A DNA stretch of 24,563 nt from a virus (IMGVR_UViG_3300007541_006062:1-24563); one strand, 5' to 3'; positions 1-9,626 are shown, counted from the stretch's first letter. The notes: a model not told the origin generated them from the sequence alone. Numbers and translations: made by a program.

Positions 1-4
1 AACT

Positions 5-388
5 ATGTTTAATATTCACAGGGCCAAAAAATTTGGCGACCACGTGATAATAGTGGAGTCTAGCTTTGATGCAATCCGTGTGCATCAGGCTGGATTCCCT
101 AATGTTATTGCCACGTTAGGTGGCCACATTTCTCATGACAACATTAAATCAATCAACAGATACTTCAATACAATAACATTAATGACAGATGCTGATGAGG
201 CTGGCAGAGAATTAGGAATATCAATTGCTTCTAAATTAAAAAATAAAAACATCTTGTGGGCTTCGCACTCATATGGTAAGATATATCCTAATGGCGCAAA
301 AGACGCAGGCGATATGTCTGATGAAGACATTAAGGCATGCATAAATAACGCAATTTCCGATTTCGAATATCGATCTTGGAACCCATGA
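5..388 (+). CDS. DNA primase, C-terminal TOPRIM part (gene probably begins before the window)
   Basis: TOPRIM motifs VESSFDA, ATLGG, MTDADEAG and KDAGD; sits directly upstream of SSB and DnaE. Confidence 0.85.
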   Translation: MFNIHRAKKFGDHVIIVESSFDAIRVHQAGFPNVIATLGGHISHDNIKSINRYFNTITLMTDADEAGRELGISIASKLKNKNILWASHSYGKIYPNGAKDAGDMSDEDIKACINNAISDFEYRSWNP

Positions 389-394
389 TATAAT
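386..394 (+). promoter_or_regulatory. Extended -10 promoter (TGaTATAAT) for the SSB/dnaE operon
   Basis: TGATATAAT overlaps the primase stop; AAGGAG SD precedes the ATG at 443. Confidence 0.5.
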
Positions 395-442
395 GGAAAT
401 ACAGATGGATATATACCATCAAATATATTAAGGAGATACAAA

Positions 443-1105
443 ATGGGTATAGCAAAAGGTTTGGCAAACCTAAAATTAGATAAGCCACAGGTAAATTCTG
501 GTGAAGGAAGCAAGGCACGTTGGGTTAAATTAGAAGATGGTGAAAGCGTTAAGATAAGATTTTTACAAGAGCTTGATGCTAATTCTCCAACATACAACGA
601 TAAATTAGATGTAGGTATTTTTGCAGTAGAGCATACAAATCCAAAAGACTATAGAAAGAAACTGGTCTGCTCTTTTGAAGATGAAGATAGATGCTGGGGT
701 TGTGAACAGCATAGAAAAGATTATACGGCTGGATGGAAAGCACGTCAAAGACTTTATATTAACGTTTTAGTAGACGATGGCAAAAATGATCCATATGTAG
801 CAATATTGTCTCAGGGTATGAGTGGTAAAACAATTACCCCTACTTTAATTGAGTACGCTAACGAAATGGGTTCAATTAGTAACTTAATGTGGAGAATGAA
901 AAGAACTGGGAAAAAGACAGATACTAGTTATACCATTATTCCATTAGCTAAAGACGATTCGGCATTTGATGTTTCTGGACTGGAATTATATAAGCTAGAA
1001 GAATCTGCTGTACGTCAGTTACCCTATAAAGATCAAGAAGTCTTTTTTTCAGGAAAGGCTGACCCCGAAGAGGCAGAGTCTACATCACAAGATGTAAGCT
1101 GGTAA
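443..1105 (+). CDS. T4 gp32-like phage single-stranded DNA-binding protein
   Basis: KIRFL motif, His plus C-x7-C-x2-C putative Zn site, acidic C-terminal tail ending in W, position between primase and polymerase. Confidence 0.7.
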   Translation: MGIAKGLANLKLDKPQVNSGEGSKARWVKLEDGESVKIRFLQELDANSPTYNDKLDVGIFAVEHTNPKDYRKKLVCSFEDEDRCWGCEQHRKDYTAGWKARQRLYINVLVDDGKNDPYVAILSQGMSGKTITPTLIEYANEMGSISNLMWRMKRTGKKTDTSYTIIPLAKDDSAFDVSGLELYKLEESAVRQLPYKDQEVFFSGKADPEEAESTSQDVSW

Positions 1106-1125
1106 TTTAGAAAGGCGGAGAGTTA

Positions 1126-4100
1126 GTGTCATTTGCACATTTGCATGTACATTCTTATTATTCATTAATGGATGGGCTTAACTCTCCTGCCGATCTCGTA
1201 AAGGCAGCAAAGGATGCTGGTCAAAGCTCCATAGCCATAACAGACCATGGAACGCTAGCATCACATAGAGAATTTCAAATAGCTTGCAAAGAACAAGGCA
1301 TAAAGCCCATTCTTGGCGTTGAAGCTTATATATCTCCAACAGATAGGTTTGACAGGTCTTCTAAAACAGATAAATCTATTCAGGCATACAATCATATAAT
1401 TTTGCTCGCAAAAAATAAAAAAGGTTTACAGAACATAAATGCATTACAAGAAATAGCTTGGAATGAAGGATTTTATCACAAGCCACGTATTGATAGAGAG
1501 ATATTAAAAGATTATGCTGAGGGTGTTATTGTTCTTACTGGATGCCTCAATGGGCTTGTTAGTAAATGTATCGAACGTGGCGATTTATCGGATGCCAAAC
1601 TTTTACTCAAAGATTTTAGTAAAACTTTTGGCGAGGATCTATATGTGGAAGTTCAGTCTCATAACCCGCCAGAAATCAACAGAGTACTACTTGAATTAGC
1701 AGATGAATTAAAAATTAAGGCGGTGGCAACAGGAGATGCTCATTTTGCTAAAGGTGAAGATAAGGTATTAGAAGAAGCCATGCTAATATTATCTACAAAC
1801 CCTAAGATGGACAAAGATGCAGACTTTGAAATGTCTCGTAATATGAAAGACATGTTGGATAGATTTAATTACTTGTATCCAGACAGAAGAATATCATTTC
1901 AGGATTATAATTTATTTATTCAAACATTTGATGAAATTTCAGAAGACTTTCGTAAAGCAGGAATTGAGCGCACAGATATATATTCAAATACATTAGAAGT
2001 TGCTGATAAGGTTCAAGAATATGATTTTTATAAGGGTCTAGATTTATTGCCTGTGCCCAAAAGAAATGCAGATGATAAACTAAAAGAATTAGCATATCAA
2101 GGGCTAAAGGCAAAAGGATTAGACCAAGATATTAATTATATTGAGCGTGTTGAAGAAGAGTTAAAAATAATTAAAGATAAGAAGTTTGCTTCTTATTTTT
2201 TAGTTATTGCTGATATGATTAATTGGGCCAAGACAAATTCTATTATGGTAGGTCCAGGCCGTGGTTCGGCAGCAGGTTCTTTGGTTTGTTACTCATTAGG
2301 AATTACAGACGTTGACCCAATTAAATATGATTTATTGTTTTTTAGATTCATTAATCCAGAAAGAAATGACTTCCCAGATATCGATACTGACTTTGAGGAT
2401 CGACGCCGCAAAGAGGTCAAGAACTATCTGAAGCAGAAATTCAAACATGTTGCCTCCATTTCTACATATACTTATTTTAAGGATAAGGGAGTAGTCAGAG
2501 ATGCTGCACGAGTATTCATGGTTCCACTTTCAGATGTAAACCGTGCACTAAAATCCATAGATACGTTTGAAGACTATTTAGAATCTCCAAACACTCAAGA
2601 ATTTAGAATGAAGTATCCAGAGGTCACATGGCTAGCAGAAAGACTACGTGGAAAAATTAGAAGCGTTGGCGTACACGCTGCTGGCGTAGTTGTTGCTAAA
2701 GATGAGATAAGAAACTATGCCCCAATTGAATCTCGTGAAGATGCACAAGATAAGGTGTCTGGAAGAATTCCAGTAGTTGCTTATGATATGGATACCGTAG
2801 CCGATATAGGACTAATTAAATTAGACGCTCTCGGACTTAAGACCCTTTCGGTTATTTCAGACACACTGTCCTCTATAAAAGAGAGACACGGCAAAGAAAT
2901 CAACCTTTCAAGTATACCACTAGATGATGCAGACATATATAAGAATTTGAGTGACGGATATACAATGGGTGTGTTTCAAGCGGAAGCCACACCATACACT
3001 AACCTCTTGATAAAAATGCAGGTCTCAACATTTGAAGATCTTGCTGCATCTAACGCCCTAGTAAGACCAGGGGCTATGGACACTGTTGGTATTTCATATA
3101 TTAAGAGAAAGCACGGGCAAGAGGCAGTAAAATATATCCACCCAATAATGAAGCCTTTTACTGAAAACACATATGGGGTTATCATTTATCAAGAGCAAGT
3201 GATGCAGGCTTGCGTTTATTTAGGTGGAATGACCTGGTCTGAAGCAGACAAGGTTCGAAAAGTAATTGGAAAGAAACAAGATGCAAAAGAACTCAGTCCA
3301 TTCAAAGATAAGTTTATTCAAGGCGCTACGCAGCATATCAGCAGAGACGAAGCAGAGCATCTCTGGAAAACCTTTGAAGCCCACGCAGGTTATTCGTTCA
3401 ATAGGTCTCATGCTGTTGCTTACTCTATGCTTTCTTATTATACCGCTTGGCTTAAGCATCATTATCCTATTGAATTTTTATTCTCGATCCTTAAAAACGA
3501 AAACGATAAAGACGCCAGAACGGAATACTTGATTGAAGCTAAAAGACTTGGCCTAGACATAAAGCTTCCACACATTAATAAATCAGATGTTTATTTTTCT
3601 CTACAAGATAATTCAATTAGATTTGGATTGGCAGAAGTTAAATTCATATCAGATAATATTGCTAATAAGATTATTGATAAAAGACCTTATGCTGATTACT
3701 CAGATTTTATTGCAAAGGCGTCAAAAAAGGGAAGTGGAATTAATTCTAGGGCAATAGCTGCATTAAATGCAGTAGGCGGTGCCACCTTTGATGATAATCC
3801 CAGGACAGGCAAAGAGCAACAGAATTATTATGAGTATTTAAACATACCTCAGTTTAATGTTGGAATGAACCCAAAGATAAAGGCGCAGGCTAAACCTATA
3901 GCAGAGTTTGATGACCTAGGATCCTTCCCCATGTTTGGAATGGTTAAGAACATTAAAAGAGGTTCAGGGTGGGCAAGAATAGAGTTAGTTGATGAAAGCG
4001 GATCAGTTGGGTTATTTCATAATGAACAAACACAAATAGAAGCTGGCAAGATGTATTTTATTTTAGTAGGAGATAATCGAATAGCAAGATATGTAAAGAT

Positions 4101-4392
4101 AGACGATATTAAAGAAGATTCTCCAGACCTGTTTGTACAGTATTTATATTCTAGCGGATATGATATTGACGATAACCAGCAGTTTGTGGTAAGCTTCAGT
4201 CCTTATAGAACAAGTAAGGGTAAGACTATGGCTCACGTAGTTATGTCTGATAAAGATAAAAATCTAACGAGAGCAATTGCATTCTCTAGCATGTATCCAA
4301 TAGCACTGGCTAAAATGCGTGAAGGAATGATATGTAAGCCAATTCTAAAGAAATTAGAGGATGGCACTTTAATGATAAAGGAAATAAAATGA
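1126..4392 (+). CDS. dnaE: DNA polymerase III alpha subunit (family C)
   Basis: PHP motifs HLHVHS, TDHG, GVE and DAH; GPGRGSAAGS; catalytic FPDIDTD; KLDALGL; YSFNRSHA. GTG start behind GGCGGAG. Confidence 0.97.
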   Translation: MSFAHLHVHSYYSLMDGLNSPADLVKAAKDAGQSSIAITDHGTLASHREFQIACKEQGIKPILGVEAYISPTDRFDRSSKTDKSIQAYNHIILLAKNKKGLQNINALQEIAWNEGFYHKPRIDREILKDYAEGVIVLTGCLNGLVSKCIERGDLSDAKLLLKDFSKTFGEDLYVEVQSHNPPEINRVLLELADELKIKAVATGDAHFAKGEDKVLEEAMLILSTNPKMDKDADFEMSRNMKDMLDRFNYLYPDRRISFQDYNLFIQTFDEISEDFRKAGIERTDIYSNTLEVADKVQEYDFYKGLDLLPVPKRNADDKLKELAYQGLKAKGLDQDINYIERVEEELKIIKDKKFASYFLVIADMINWAKTNSIMVGPGRGSAAGSLVCYSLGITDVDPIKYDLLFFRFINPERNDFPDIDTDFEDRRRKEVKNYLKQKFKHVASISTYTYFKDKGVVRDAARVFMVPLSDVNRALKSIDTFEDYLESPNTQEFRMKYPEVTWLAERLRGKIRSVGVHAAGVVVAKDEIRNYAPIESREDAQDKVSGRIPVVAYDMDTVADIGLIKLDALGLKTLSVISDTLSSIKERHGKEINLSSIPLDDADIYKNLSDGYTMGVFQAEATPYTNLLIKMQVSTFEDLAASNALVRPGAMDTVGISYIKRKHGQEAVKYIHPIMKPFTENTYGVIIYQEQVMQACVYLGGMTWSEADKVRKVIGKKQDAKELSPFKDKFIQGATQHISRDEAEHLWKTFEAHAGYSFNRSHAVAYSMLSYYTAWLKHHYPIEFLFSILKNENDKDARTEYLIEAKRLGLDIKLPHINKSDVYFSLQDNSIRFGLAEVKFISDNIANKIIDKRPYADYSDFIAKASKKGSGINSRAIAALNAVGGATFDDNPRTGKEQQNYYEYLNIPQFNVGMNPKIKAQAKPIAEFDDLGSFPMFGMVKNIKRGSGWARIELVDESGSVGLFHNEQTQIEAGKMYFILVGDNRIARYVKIDDIKEDSPDLFVQYLYSSGYDIDDNQQFVVSFSPYRTSKGKTMAHVVMSDKDKNLTRAIAFSSMYPIALAKMREGMICKPILKKLEDGTLMIKEIK

Positions 4393-4613
4393 CGGAAAAT
4401 CCAGAAGAAGTATTTCAAGCAATGAATGCTTCTAGAATTTTAGTAGCCATATTGGCTAAATTAGGTAGTGTAGAAATACCTACAGAGCTTTTTATGTCTG
4501 CTAATAATGAAGATAAAGAATTGTCTGTAACATATAATGATGAAACTTTATCATTCGAGTTTAGCTTGCGTGAAGGTGGAGAACAGGGCGAGTATGAACT
4601 CGTTAATGACTGA
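4389..4613 (+). CDS. Hypothetical acidic protein
   Basis: 74-aa ORF whose start overlaps the dnaE stop (ATGA). Confidence 0.7.
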   Translation: MTENPEEVFQAMNASRILVAILAKLGSVEIPTELFMSANNEDKELSVTYNDETLSFEFSLREGGEQGEYELVND

Positions 4614-4935
4614 TTACGGACTAGACGCCCTTGCTGCAGTTTTACATGAAACTGCATTGAAAAAAGGATTTTGGGATGGAGAATACTCGCATGACAAGGT
4701 TGGCAATAAACTTGCTCTTGTACATTCGGAAGTTACTGAGGTTTTGGAGGCTATCCGCAAAGATCAAGGGTCTGAAAAAATTGTAGAAGAAATAGCAGAC
4801 ATAATTATTAGAATATTAGATCTGTATGCCGCTATGAGAAATCAAGAACATGTGGTTCATAGCCTAGATGAATCTCTACAAAATAAAATGAACAAAAATA
4901 ATTTACGTCCAAGACTTCACGGAAATTTGTTTTAA
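4594..4935 (+). CDS. MazG-like NTP pyrophosphohydrolase (start at 4594 or 4606)
   Basis: LALVHSEVTEVLEA ... EEIADIIIRILD fits the ExxE...ExxD all-alpha NTP-PPase signature. Confidence 0.8.
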   Translation: MNSLMTDYGLDALAAVLHETALKKGFWDGEYSHDKVGNKLALVHSEVTEVLEAIRKDQGSEKIVEEIADIIIRILDLYAAMRNQEHVVHSLDESLQNKMNKNNLRPRLHGNLF

Positions 4936-4944
4936 TGCTATACT
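4936..4944 (+). promoter_or_regulatory. Extended -10 promoter (TGcTATACT) upstream of recA
   Basis: Matches TGnTANNNT in the short intergenic gap. Confidence 0.45.
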
Positions 4945-4963
4945 TATGTAAAGAAAGAGAATA

Positions 4964-5968
4964 ATGACTATACAAATAGATGATATATTGGCAAAGCTTG
5001 ACCCTAAAACTAGAAATAGAGTTCAGTCTGCTGTTGAGGTTACTGTTGAAAAGCAACCTACACCTAGCATAGGATTGAATCTTGCCCTCAGAGGCGGTCT
5101 TGGATTTGGTAGACAGGTTTTGGTTTGGGGCAATAAGTCTGCTGGTAAATCATCTTTTTGTTTGCAAATGATAGCAGAGGCACAGAAAGCTGGAAAGACA
5201 TGTGCCTGGATAGATGCAGAGCACTCCTACGATAAATCTTGGGCGGAAAAGCTAGGAGTTAATTCTGAGGAGTTAATATATTCATCAGCAAAAACAGTAA
5301 ACGATATGGTAGACGTTGCTACGCAATTAATGGAAGCAGAAGTTGATATTATTGTTGTAGATTCCATATCAGCATTATTACCAGCAATATATTTTGAAAA
5401 AGATTCATCTGAATTAAAGAAGCTTGAAGACACCAAGCAAATTGGAGCAGAAGCAAAGGATATGACCCATGCGGTCAAAATGTTAAATTATGCAAACAAA
5501 AATACACTACTTGTTCTTATCTCACAGCAAAGAAATCAATTTGGATCTATGCATGCCAGCCACATCCCAACTGGAGGAATGGCAGTCAAATTCTTTTCCT
5601 CTACAGTCATCAAGCTCTGGTCTTCAGAGGCTGAAGCTAACGCTATTAAGGCTGGCGTTAAAGTTGGCGACAAGATTATTGAGCAGAGGGTCGGAAGACC
5701 AGTCAATTGGATTATTGATTACAACAAGCTTGGGCCCCCGAATTTATCAGGGCAATACGATTTCTATTTCCAAGGAGAAAATTTAGGGGTAGATTCAGTT
5801 GGAGAGACACTGGATGTTGCAGAAATGTGCGGTGTTATAGAAAAAGGCGGAGCCTGGTATACCGTAAATGAAGAAAGGTTTCAAGGTAGAGCAAAGGCAG
5901 TTCAATATTTAAGAGATAATCCAGATGTAGTTAATAAACTTAGAGAGGAAATTAGTGCCAAACATTAA
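4964..5968 (+). CDS. recA: RecA/UvsX-like recombinase
   Basis: Walker A GNKSAGKS, WIDAEH, Walker B IIVVDS, PTGGMAVKF, GAWY...FQG. Confidence 0.93.
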   Translation: MTIQIDDILAKLDPKTRNRVQSAVEVTVEKQPTPSIGLNLALRGGLGFGRQVLVWGNKSAGKSSFCLQMIAEAQKAGKTCAWIDAEHSYDKSWAEKLGVNSEELIYSSAKTVNDMVDVATQLMEAEVDIIVVDSISALLPAIYFEKDSSELKKLEDTKQIGAEAKDMTHAVKMLNYANKNTLLVLISQQRNQFGSMHASHIPTGGMAVKFFSSTVIKLWSSEAEANAIKAGVKVGDKIIEQRVGRPVNWIIDYNKLGPPNLSGQYDFYFQGENLGVDSVGETLDVAEMCGVIEKGGAWYTVNEERFQGRAKAVQYLRDNPDVVNKLREEISAKH

Positions 5969-6149
5969 TGAGTTCATAGGTCCAAAACCAACAAAAGAAA
6001 ATATTTCTAATTTAGAAACTGTTGTTGGGGTTAAGCCATGTTTTAAGTGTGATTTAAATGTGAATGAATATTACTGGGATCCAGTACAATTTATTATGAG
6101 TTGGACCTGTGATGCTGGACACTTAAATACAATAAAGGTTAATGGATGA
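5955..6149 (+). CDS. Small putative Zn-binding protein
   Basis: CxxC ... CxxxH; GTG start behind GAGG, overlapping the end of recA. Confidence 0.65.
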   Translation: MPNINEFIGPKPTKENISNLETVVGVKPCFKCDLNVNEYYWDPVQFIMSWTCDAGHLNTIKVNG

Positions 6150-6460
6150 CAGAGCGTGGAGAAGCAAAGCGTGATGGCGCTAGGCAACAAAAGAATTCTG
6201 GACGTGGGCAATACCAAAAAGGTGACGCTCAATGGTACCAGTTTGTCGTAGATTATAAAGAAACTGCATCTTCTTTTAATTTAAATAAAGATGTATGGTC
6301 TAAAATCTGCACAGATACTTTTAAAGTAAATAGGAATATGCATCCTGCTTTAAAAGTAATTATAGGCGAGGAATCAAAAGTGAGACTCGCAGTTATCGAA
6401 TGGGCTGTTCTGGAAGAGTTAGTGAAAGCCTGGGAAGAGAGTAATAATGCCAAATCCTAA
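6146..6460 (+). CDS. Putative Holliday junction resolvase, PD-(D/E)xK type
   Basis: E...NSGRG...KGDA...VDYK pattern typical of small phage resolvases next to recA. Confidence 0.65.
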   Translation: MTERGEAKRDGARQQKNSGRGQYQKGDAQWYQFVVDYKETASSFNLNKDVWSKICTDTFKVNRNMHPALKVIIGEESKVRLAVIEWAVLEELVKAWEESNNAKS

Positions 6461-6824
6461 CATTATGTTGATAGGTAGACTGGGTCAAGAGCCTGCTCCA
6501 ATTGGAGAAAATGGTATTAGACTTAGGATGGTTACAAATGATCGTCGTAAAAACGAAGAGACTGGCAAGTACGAAGATGCTGCGACATCTTGGTGGACAG
6601 TAAAAGTTTGGGGCAATCTAGCTAATCAAACAAGAAATAATATAAAGAAGGGGCAAGAGATTGTCGTTTCTGGCACAATCTATGAAGATAGATGGACAGA
6701 CAAGAGTGGCGTAGAAAGAACTTCTTATGAGGTTCGTGCTGATAGCGTTGGGCTAACCACATATAGTATTTCAAAAGAAAATGCTAAAGACAGATTTTTT
6801 GAAGAAGTAGAGGCCCCGTTCTAA
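6447..6824 (+). CDS. ssb: Bacterial-type OB-fold single-stranded DNA-binding protein
   Basis: LIGRLGQEP, VKVWGNLA, KKGQEIVVSG, W.DKSGVERT; acidic tail ending APF. Confidence 0.9.
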   Translation: MPNPNIMLIGRLGQEPAPIGENGIRLRMVTNDRRKNEETGKYEDAATSWWTVKVWGNLANQTRNNIKKGQEIVVSGTIYEDRWTDKSGVERTSYEVRADSVGLTTYSISKENAKDRFFEEVEAPF

Positions 6825-6979
6825 TGAGAGAAGTATTTCTAACAACCTTAGTTGGTGCAATTGTTGGTGGAATATTTAGTGCATTTAAATTGCCAATTCC
6901 TGCACCTCCTGTCTTTGCAGGCCTAATGGGAATAGTTGGATTATGGATCGGCTATGCGCTTGTAACTAGGTTGATATAA
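6824..6979 (+). CDS. XapX/DUF1427-like two-TM micro-protein (not in ORF track)
   Basis: Hand translation MREVFLTTLVGAIVGGIFSAFKLPIPAPPVFAGLMGIVGLWIGYALVTRLI; LPIPAPP between two hydrophobic helices; TAATG coupling at both ends. Confidence 0.8.
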   Translation: MREVFLTTLVGAIVGGIFSAFKLPIPAPPVFAGLMGIVGLWIGYALVTRLI

Positions 6980-7314
6980 TGAGCGAGTTGAATACACTAG
7001 AGCTTATTAATAGCATAACAGAGTTTAACGATCTTCATGAATACATGAAAGACGATCAGCTTGATAAGGCCCTGGCAATTGTAGTAAAACTATTAATGAA
7101 CCCAGATGTGCCAGCATCAAAAGCTCCTACATTGATTATAGAGCTTCAGGCAATGTCAACTAAATTCTCTATGATGGCTTCTGTGTATTCAACTATAGCT
7201 AAGGATAAGGCGGGGACAGTAAATAATAATAAAAAGAATATTTATTATTCAGCTAAGGAATCTATAGACAAGCTTGTAGATGCTCTCAAATATGTGGTTA
7301 GGTATAATGGGTAA
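6979..7314 (+). CDS. Hypothetical helical phage protein
   Basis: 111-aa ORF translationally coupled to the upstream gene. Confidence 0.75.
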   Translation: MSELNTLELINSITEFNDLHEYMKDDQLDKALAIVVKLLMNPDVPASKAPTLIIELQAMSTKFSMMASVYSTIAKDKAGTVNNNKKNIYYSAKESIDKLVDALKYVVRYNG

Positions 7315-8083
7315 AGAGATAGTAGCAAACTTAAAATTTAAAAAAGTAGTAGGTAATTTTGATCCATCTACTTTTGCCAAGATGTTAGATGATGCATATT
7401 TGTCTACAAAAAAAGCAGATCAAAAACAAACAAAGACAAGTTTTAGTCCAAGCTCTCTTGGATATGGAAGTGGAAATTGTCCCAGATATTGGTATTTAGC
7501 ATTTAGTGGCGTTATGTTTATAGATAATAATAACTCTCAAGCAATAGCTAACATGTCTCAGGGAACTCAGGCTCATGAAAGAATACAATCTATTATTAAA
7601 AAAATGGGTGTACTGAAGCATGAAGAATATGAAATAATCAACGAATATCCTCCAGTTCGTGGATTTATAGATGTAATTTTAGACTGGAATAATGAAGAGG
7701 TTATTGGAGAAATTAAAACAGCCAAGCAGGAGTCGTGGGACACATATCAATCACGAATGTCTCCAGCACCCAACCACCTTTTGCAGCTTCTTTCTTACAT
7801 GAAGTTAAAAAATGTAAAAGAAGGATTTTTCCTTTATGAAAATAAAAATACTCAAGAAGTGTTGGTTATACCTATAACCATGAACGAAAAGAATACAAAG
7901 ATAATTGAAGATCTATTTACTTGGATGTGCGAGGTATATGATAACTTTAAAAACGGAGGACTCCCAATGAGGCCTTTTGTTAAATCAAGTTCCGCATGTA
8001 AAAATTGTAAAATTAAAAAAGAGTGCTGGTCTGGAGAAACTGGCACAGTACAGATAGAAGCTTTTGAGCCACCTAAACTATGA
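7307..8083 (+). CDS. Cas4-like PD-(D/E)xK exonuclease (likely start 7307)
   Basis: SPSSL..CPR, GTQAHE, RGFID, EIKT, QLLSY and C-terminal CxxC-x5-C (4-Cys Fe-S staple). Confidence 0.85.
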   Translation: MGKEIVANLKFKKVVGNFDPSTFAKMLDDAYLSTKKADQKQTKTSFSPSSLGYGSGNCPRYWYLAFSGVMFIDNNNSQAIANMSQGTQAHERIQSIIKKMGVLKHEEYEIINEYPPVRGFIDVILDWNNEEVIGEIKTAKQESWDTYQSRMSPAPNHLLQLLSYMKLKNVKEGFFLYENKNTQEVLVIPITMNEKNTKIIEDLFTWMCEVYDNFKNGGLPMRPFVKSSSACKNCKIKKECWSGETGTVQIEAFEPPKL

Positions 8084-8358
8084 AGTGTTTTAATACAGAA
8101 TGCAAAAAAGAATTTGAGCCTAAAACTCATAATCAAAAATACTGTTCTGATGATTGTTGTAGAATTGCAACAAATAAAAAAATTATGGAAAAGTATTATG
8201 AAAAAAAGGCAATTAGGCAAGGCAAGCACAGAGAATGCAAGATATGTAAATCTAAATTAAGCAGATATAATCAATCTAATCTATGTTCTAAGTGTGAAAA
8301 AAATAATAATATTAAAAATAGAAAAAATATTTTAGGAATTATAAATGACATTGGCTAG
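8080..8358 (+). CDS. Cys-rich basic Zn-finger protein
   Basis: C-x4-C ... QKYCSDDC ... CxxC ... CxxC; very Lys-rich. Confidence 0.7.
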   Translation: MKCFNTECKKEFEPKTHNQKYCSDDCCRIATNKKIMEKYYEKKAIRQGKHRECKICKSKLSRYNQSNLCSKCEKNNNIKNRKNILGIINDIG

Positions 8359-8911
8359 TTTAGTTAAAACTAAAGCAAGCAGGGTTTTGGGAATAGATGC
8401 ATCCACTAATTCAATTGCATTTTGCCTTTTAGAAAATAATATTCCGATTAAATGGGGTAAGATTAATTTAACTGGAAACGATATATATGAAAAGATTTAT
8501 GATGCTAAGTGCAAAGTGTTTGCAATGATAGGTGAATTAAAGTCAGACTACATTGCAGTAGAAGGAGCAATACTTGTCAAATCTGCTGATGCTGTGATAA
8601 AATTATCTTATGTATATGGGGTTGTCATTGCTGAGCTTATGTCTAGTGGCGCTAGTGTTATTACTATATCTCCTTCATCTTGGCAGGCTCATATTGGAAA
8701 TAAAAACCCGACAAAATTTGAGAAAGACAGACTTAGGGTTGAAAATCCTGGCTATGCTGATTCCTGGTATAAGGCAAAAATGCGGGAGATTAGGAAACAA
8801 AGGACAGTAGATTATTTTAATAAAAAATATAAATTAGAGTTAGATGACTTCGATGTAGCAGATTCGTTTGGAATTGCTTACTATGCAAATGAGGTATTGA
8901 CAAAAAGATGA
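8345..8911 (+). CDS. ruvC: RuvC-like Holliday junction resolvase
   Basis: VLGIDAS, IAVE, PSSW and DVADSFGIA catalytic motifs of the RuvC/RNase H fold. Confidence 0.85.
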   Translation: MTLASLVKTKASRVLGIDASTNSIAFCLLENNIPIKWGKINLTGNDIYEKIYDAKCKVFAMIGELKSDYIAVEGAILVKSADAVIKLSYVYGVVIAELMSSGASVITISPSSWQAHIGNKNPTKFEKDRLRVENPGYADSWYKAKMREIRKQRTVDYFNKKYKLELDDFDVADSFGIAYYANEVLTKR

Positions 8912-9489
8912 CACACAATATAACTAATCAAGAACAGTTTATAATAAGTATCTTAAATGAAAAAAAAGGAGGATACTATGTTGAGCTGGGAGCCTTTCAT
9001 TCTAGCGATGGAAGTAATACATACCTTTTAGAAAAAGAATATAACTGGAAGGGAGTGTCATTTGAAATTATAGATAAGTGGAGAAATGAGTTTAACGAAA
9101 ATAGGTCTAATCCATGTATGGGAGATGCTTTAGATTTTAATTACATATCGTACTTTGAAGAAAATAATTTTCCAAAACAAATTGATTATTTACAAGTTGA
9201 TATAGATGCTGGTTATGATCAAAACGGAAGGCCCGTTGGAAATCCTTACTTGACACTACATGGACTACTAGCAGTTCCATTAAACCAATATAGATTTACA
9301 ATAATAACATTTGAACATGATGCTAATATGTATTGGAGAAATATTGAAATGAGAAATGTGCAGAGAGAAATATTAGATTCTCTTGGCTACTCTCTTGTTG
9401 TTAGAACAGAGCACGAAGATTGGTGGATTGATCCTAAAGTTATTCCATTGCAGGAATATAGGAAATATTTTAAATGGGATCACCTATGA
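8908..9489 (+). CDS. FkbM-family SAM-dependent methyltransferase
   Basis: YVELGA...GSNTYLLE...WKG, IDYLQVDID, ITFEH, LGY, EDWW. Confidence 0.75.
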   Translation: MTHNITNQEQFIISILNEKKGGYYVELGAFHSSDGSNTYLLEKEYNWKGVSFEIIDKWRNEFNENRSNPCMGDALDFNYISYFEENNFPKQIDYLQVDIDAGYDQNGRPVGNPYLTLHGLLAVPLNQYRFTIITFEHDANMYWRNIEMRNVQREILDSLGYSLVVRTEHEDWWIDPKVIPLQEYRKYFKWDHL

Positions 9490-9626
9490 AATTATATAAA
9501 AGTAAAGATTGGCTATATAGAAGATATGTAGTGCAAAGAAAAACTATGGAAGAAATAGCAAAAGAGTGCGGCGTAACTGTTATGACCATACATAGATCAT
9601 TGAAAGAGCACGGTATAATTAAATGA
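9486..9626 (+). CDS. Small HTH DNA-binding protein (not in ORF track)
   Basis: Hand translation MKLYKSKDWLYRRYVVQRKTMEEIAKECGVTVMTIHRSLKEHGIIK; clear HTH; ATGA overlaps at both ends. Confidence 0.8.
   Translation: MKLYKSKDWLYRRYVVQRKTMEEIAKECGVTVMTIHRSLKEHGIIK

Noticed and set aside
7307-8083. Cas4-like gene as evidence of a CRISPR-Cas locus
   Set aside because: No repeat-spacer array or other cas genes seen; solo Cas4-like exonucleases are common in phage recombination blocks.
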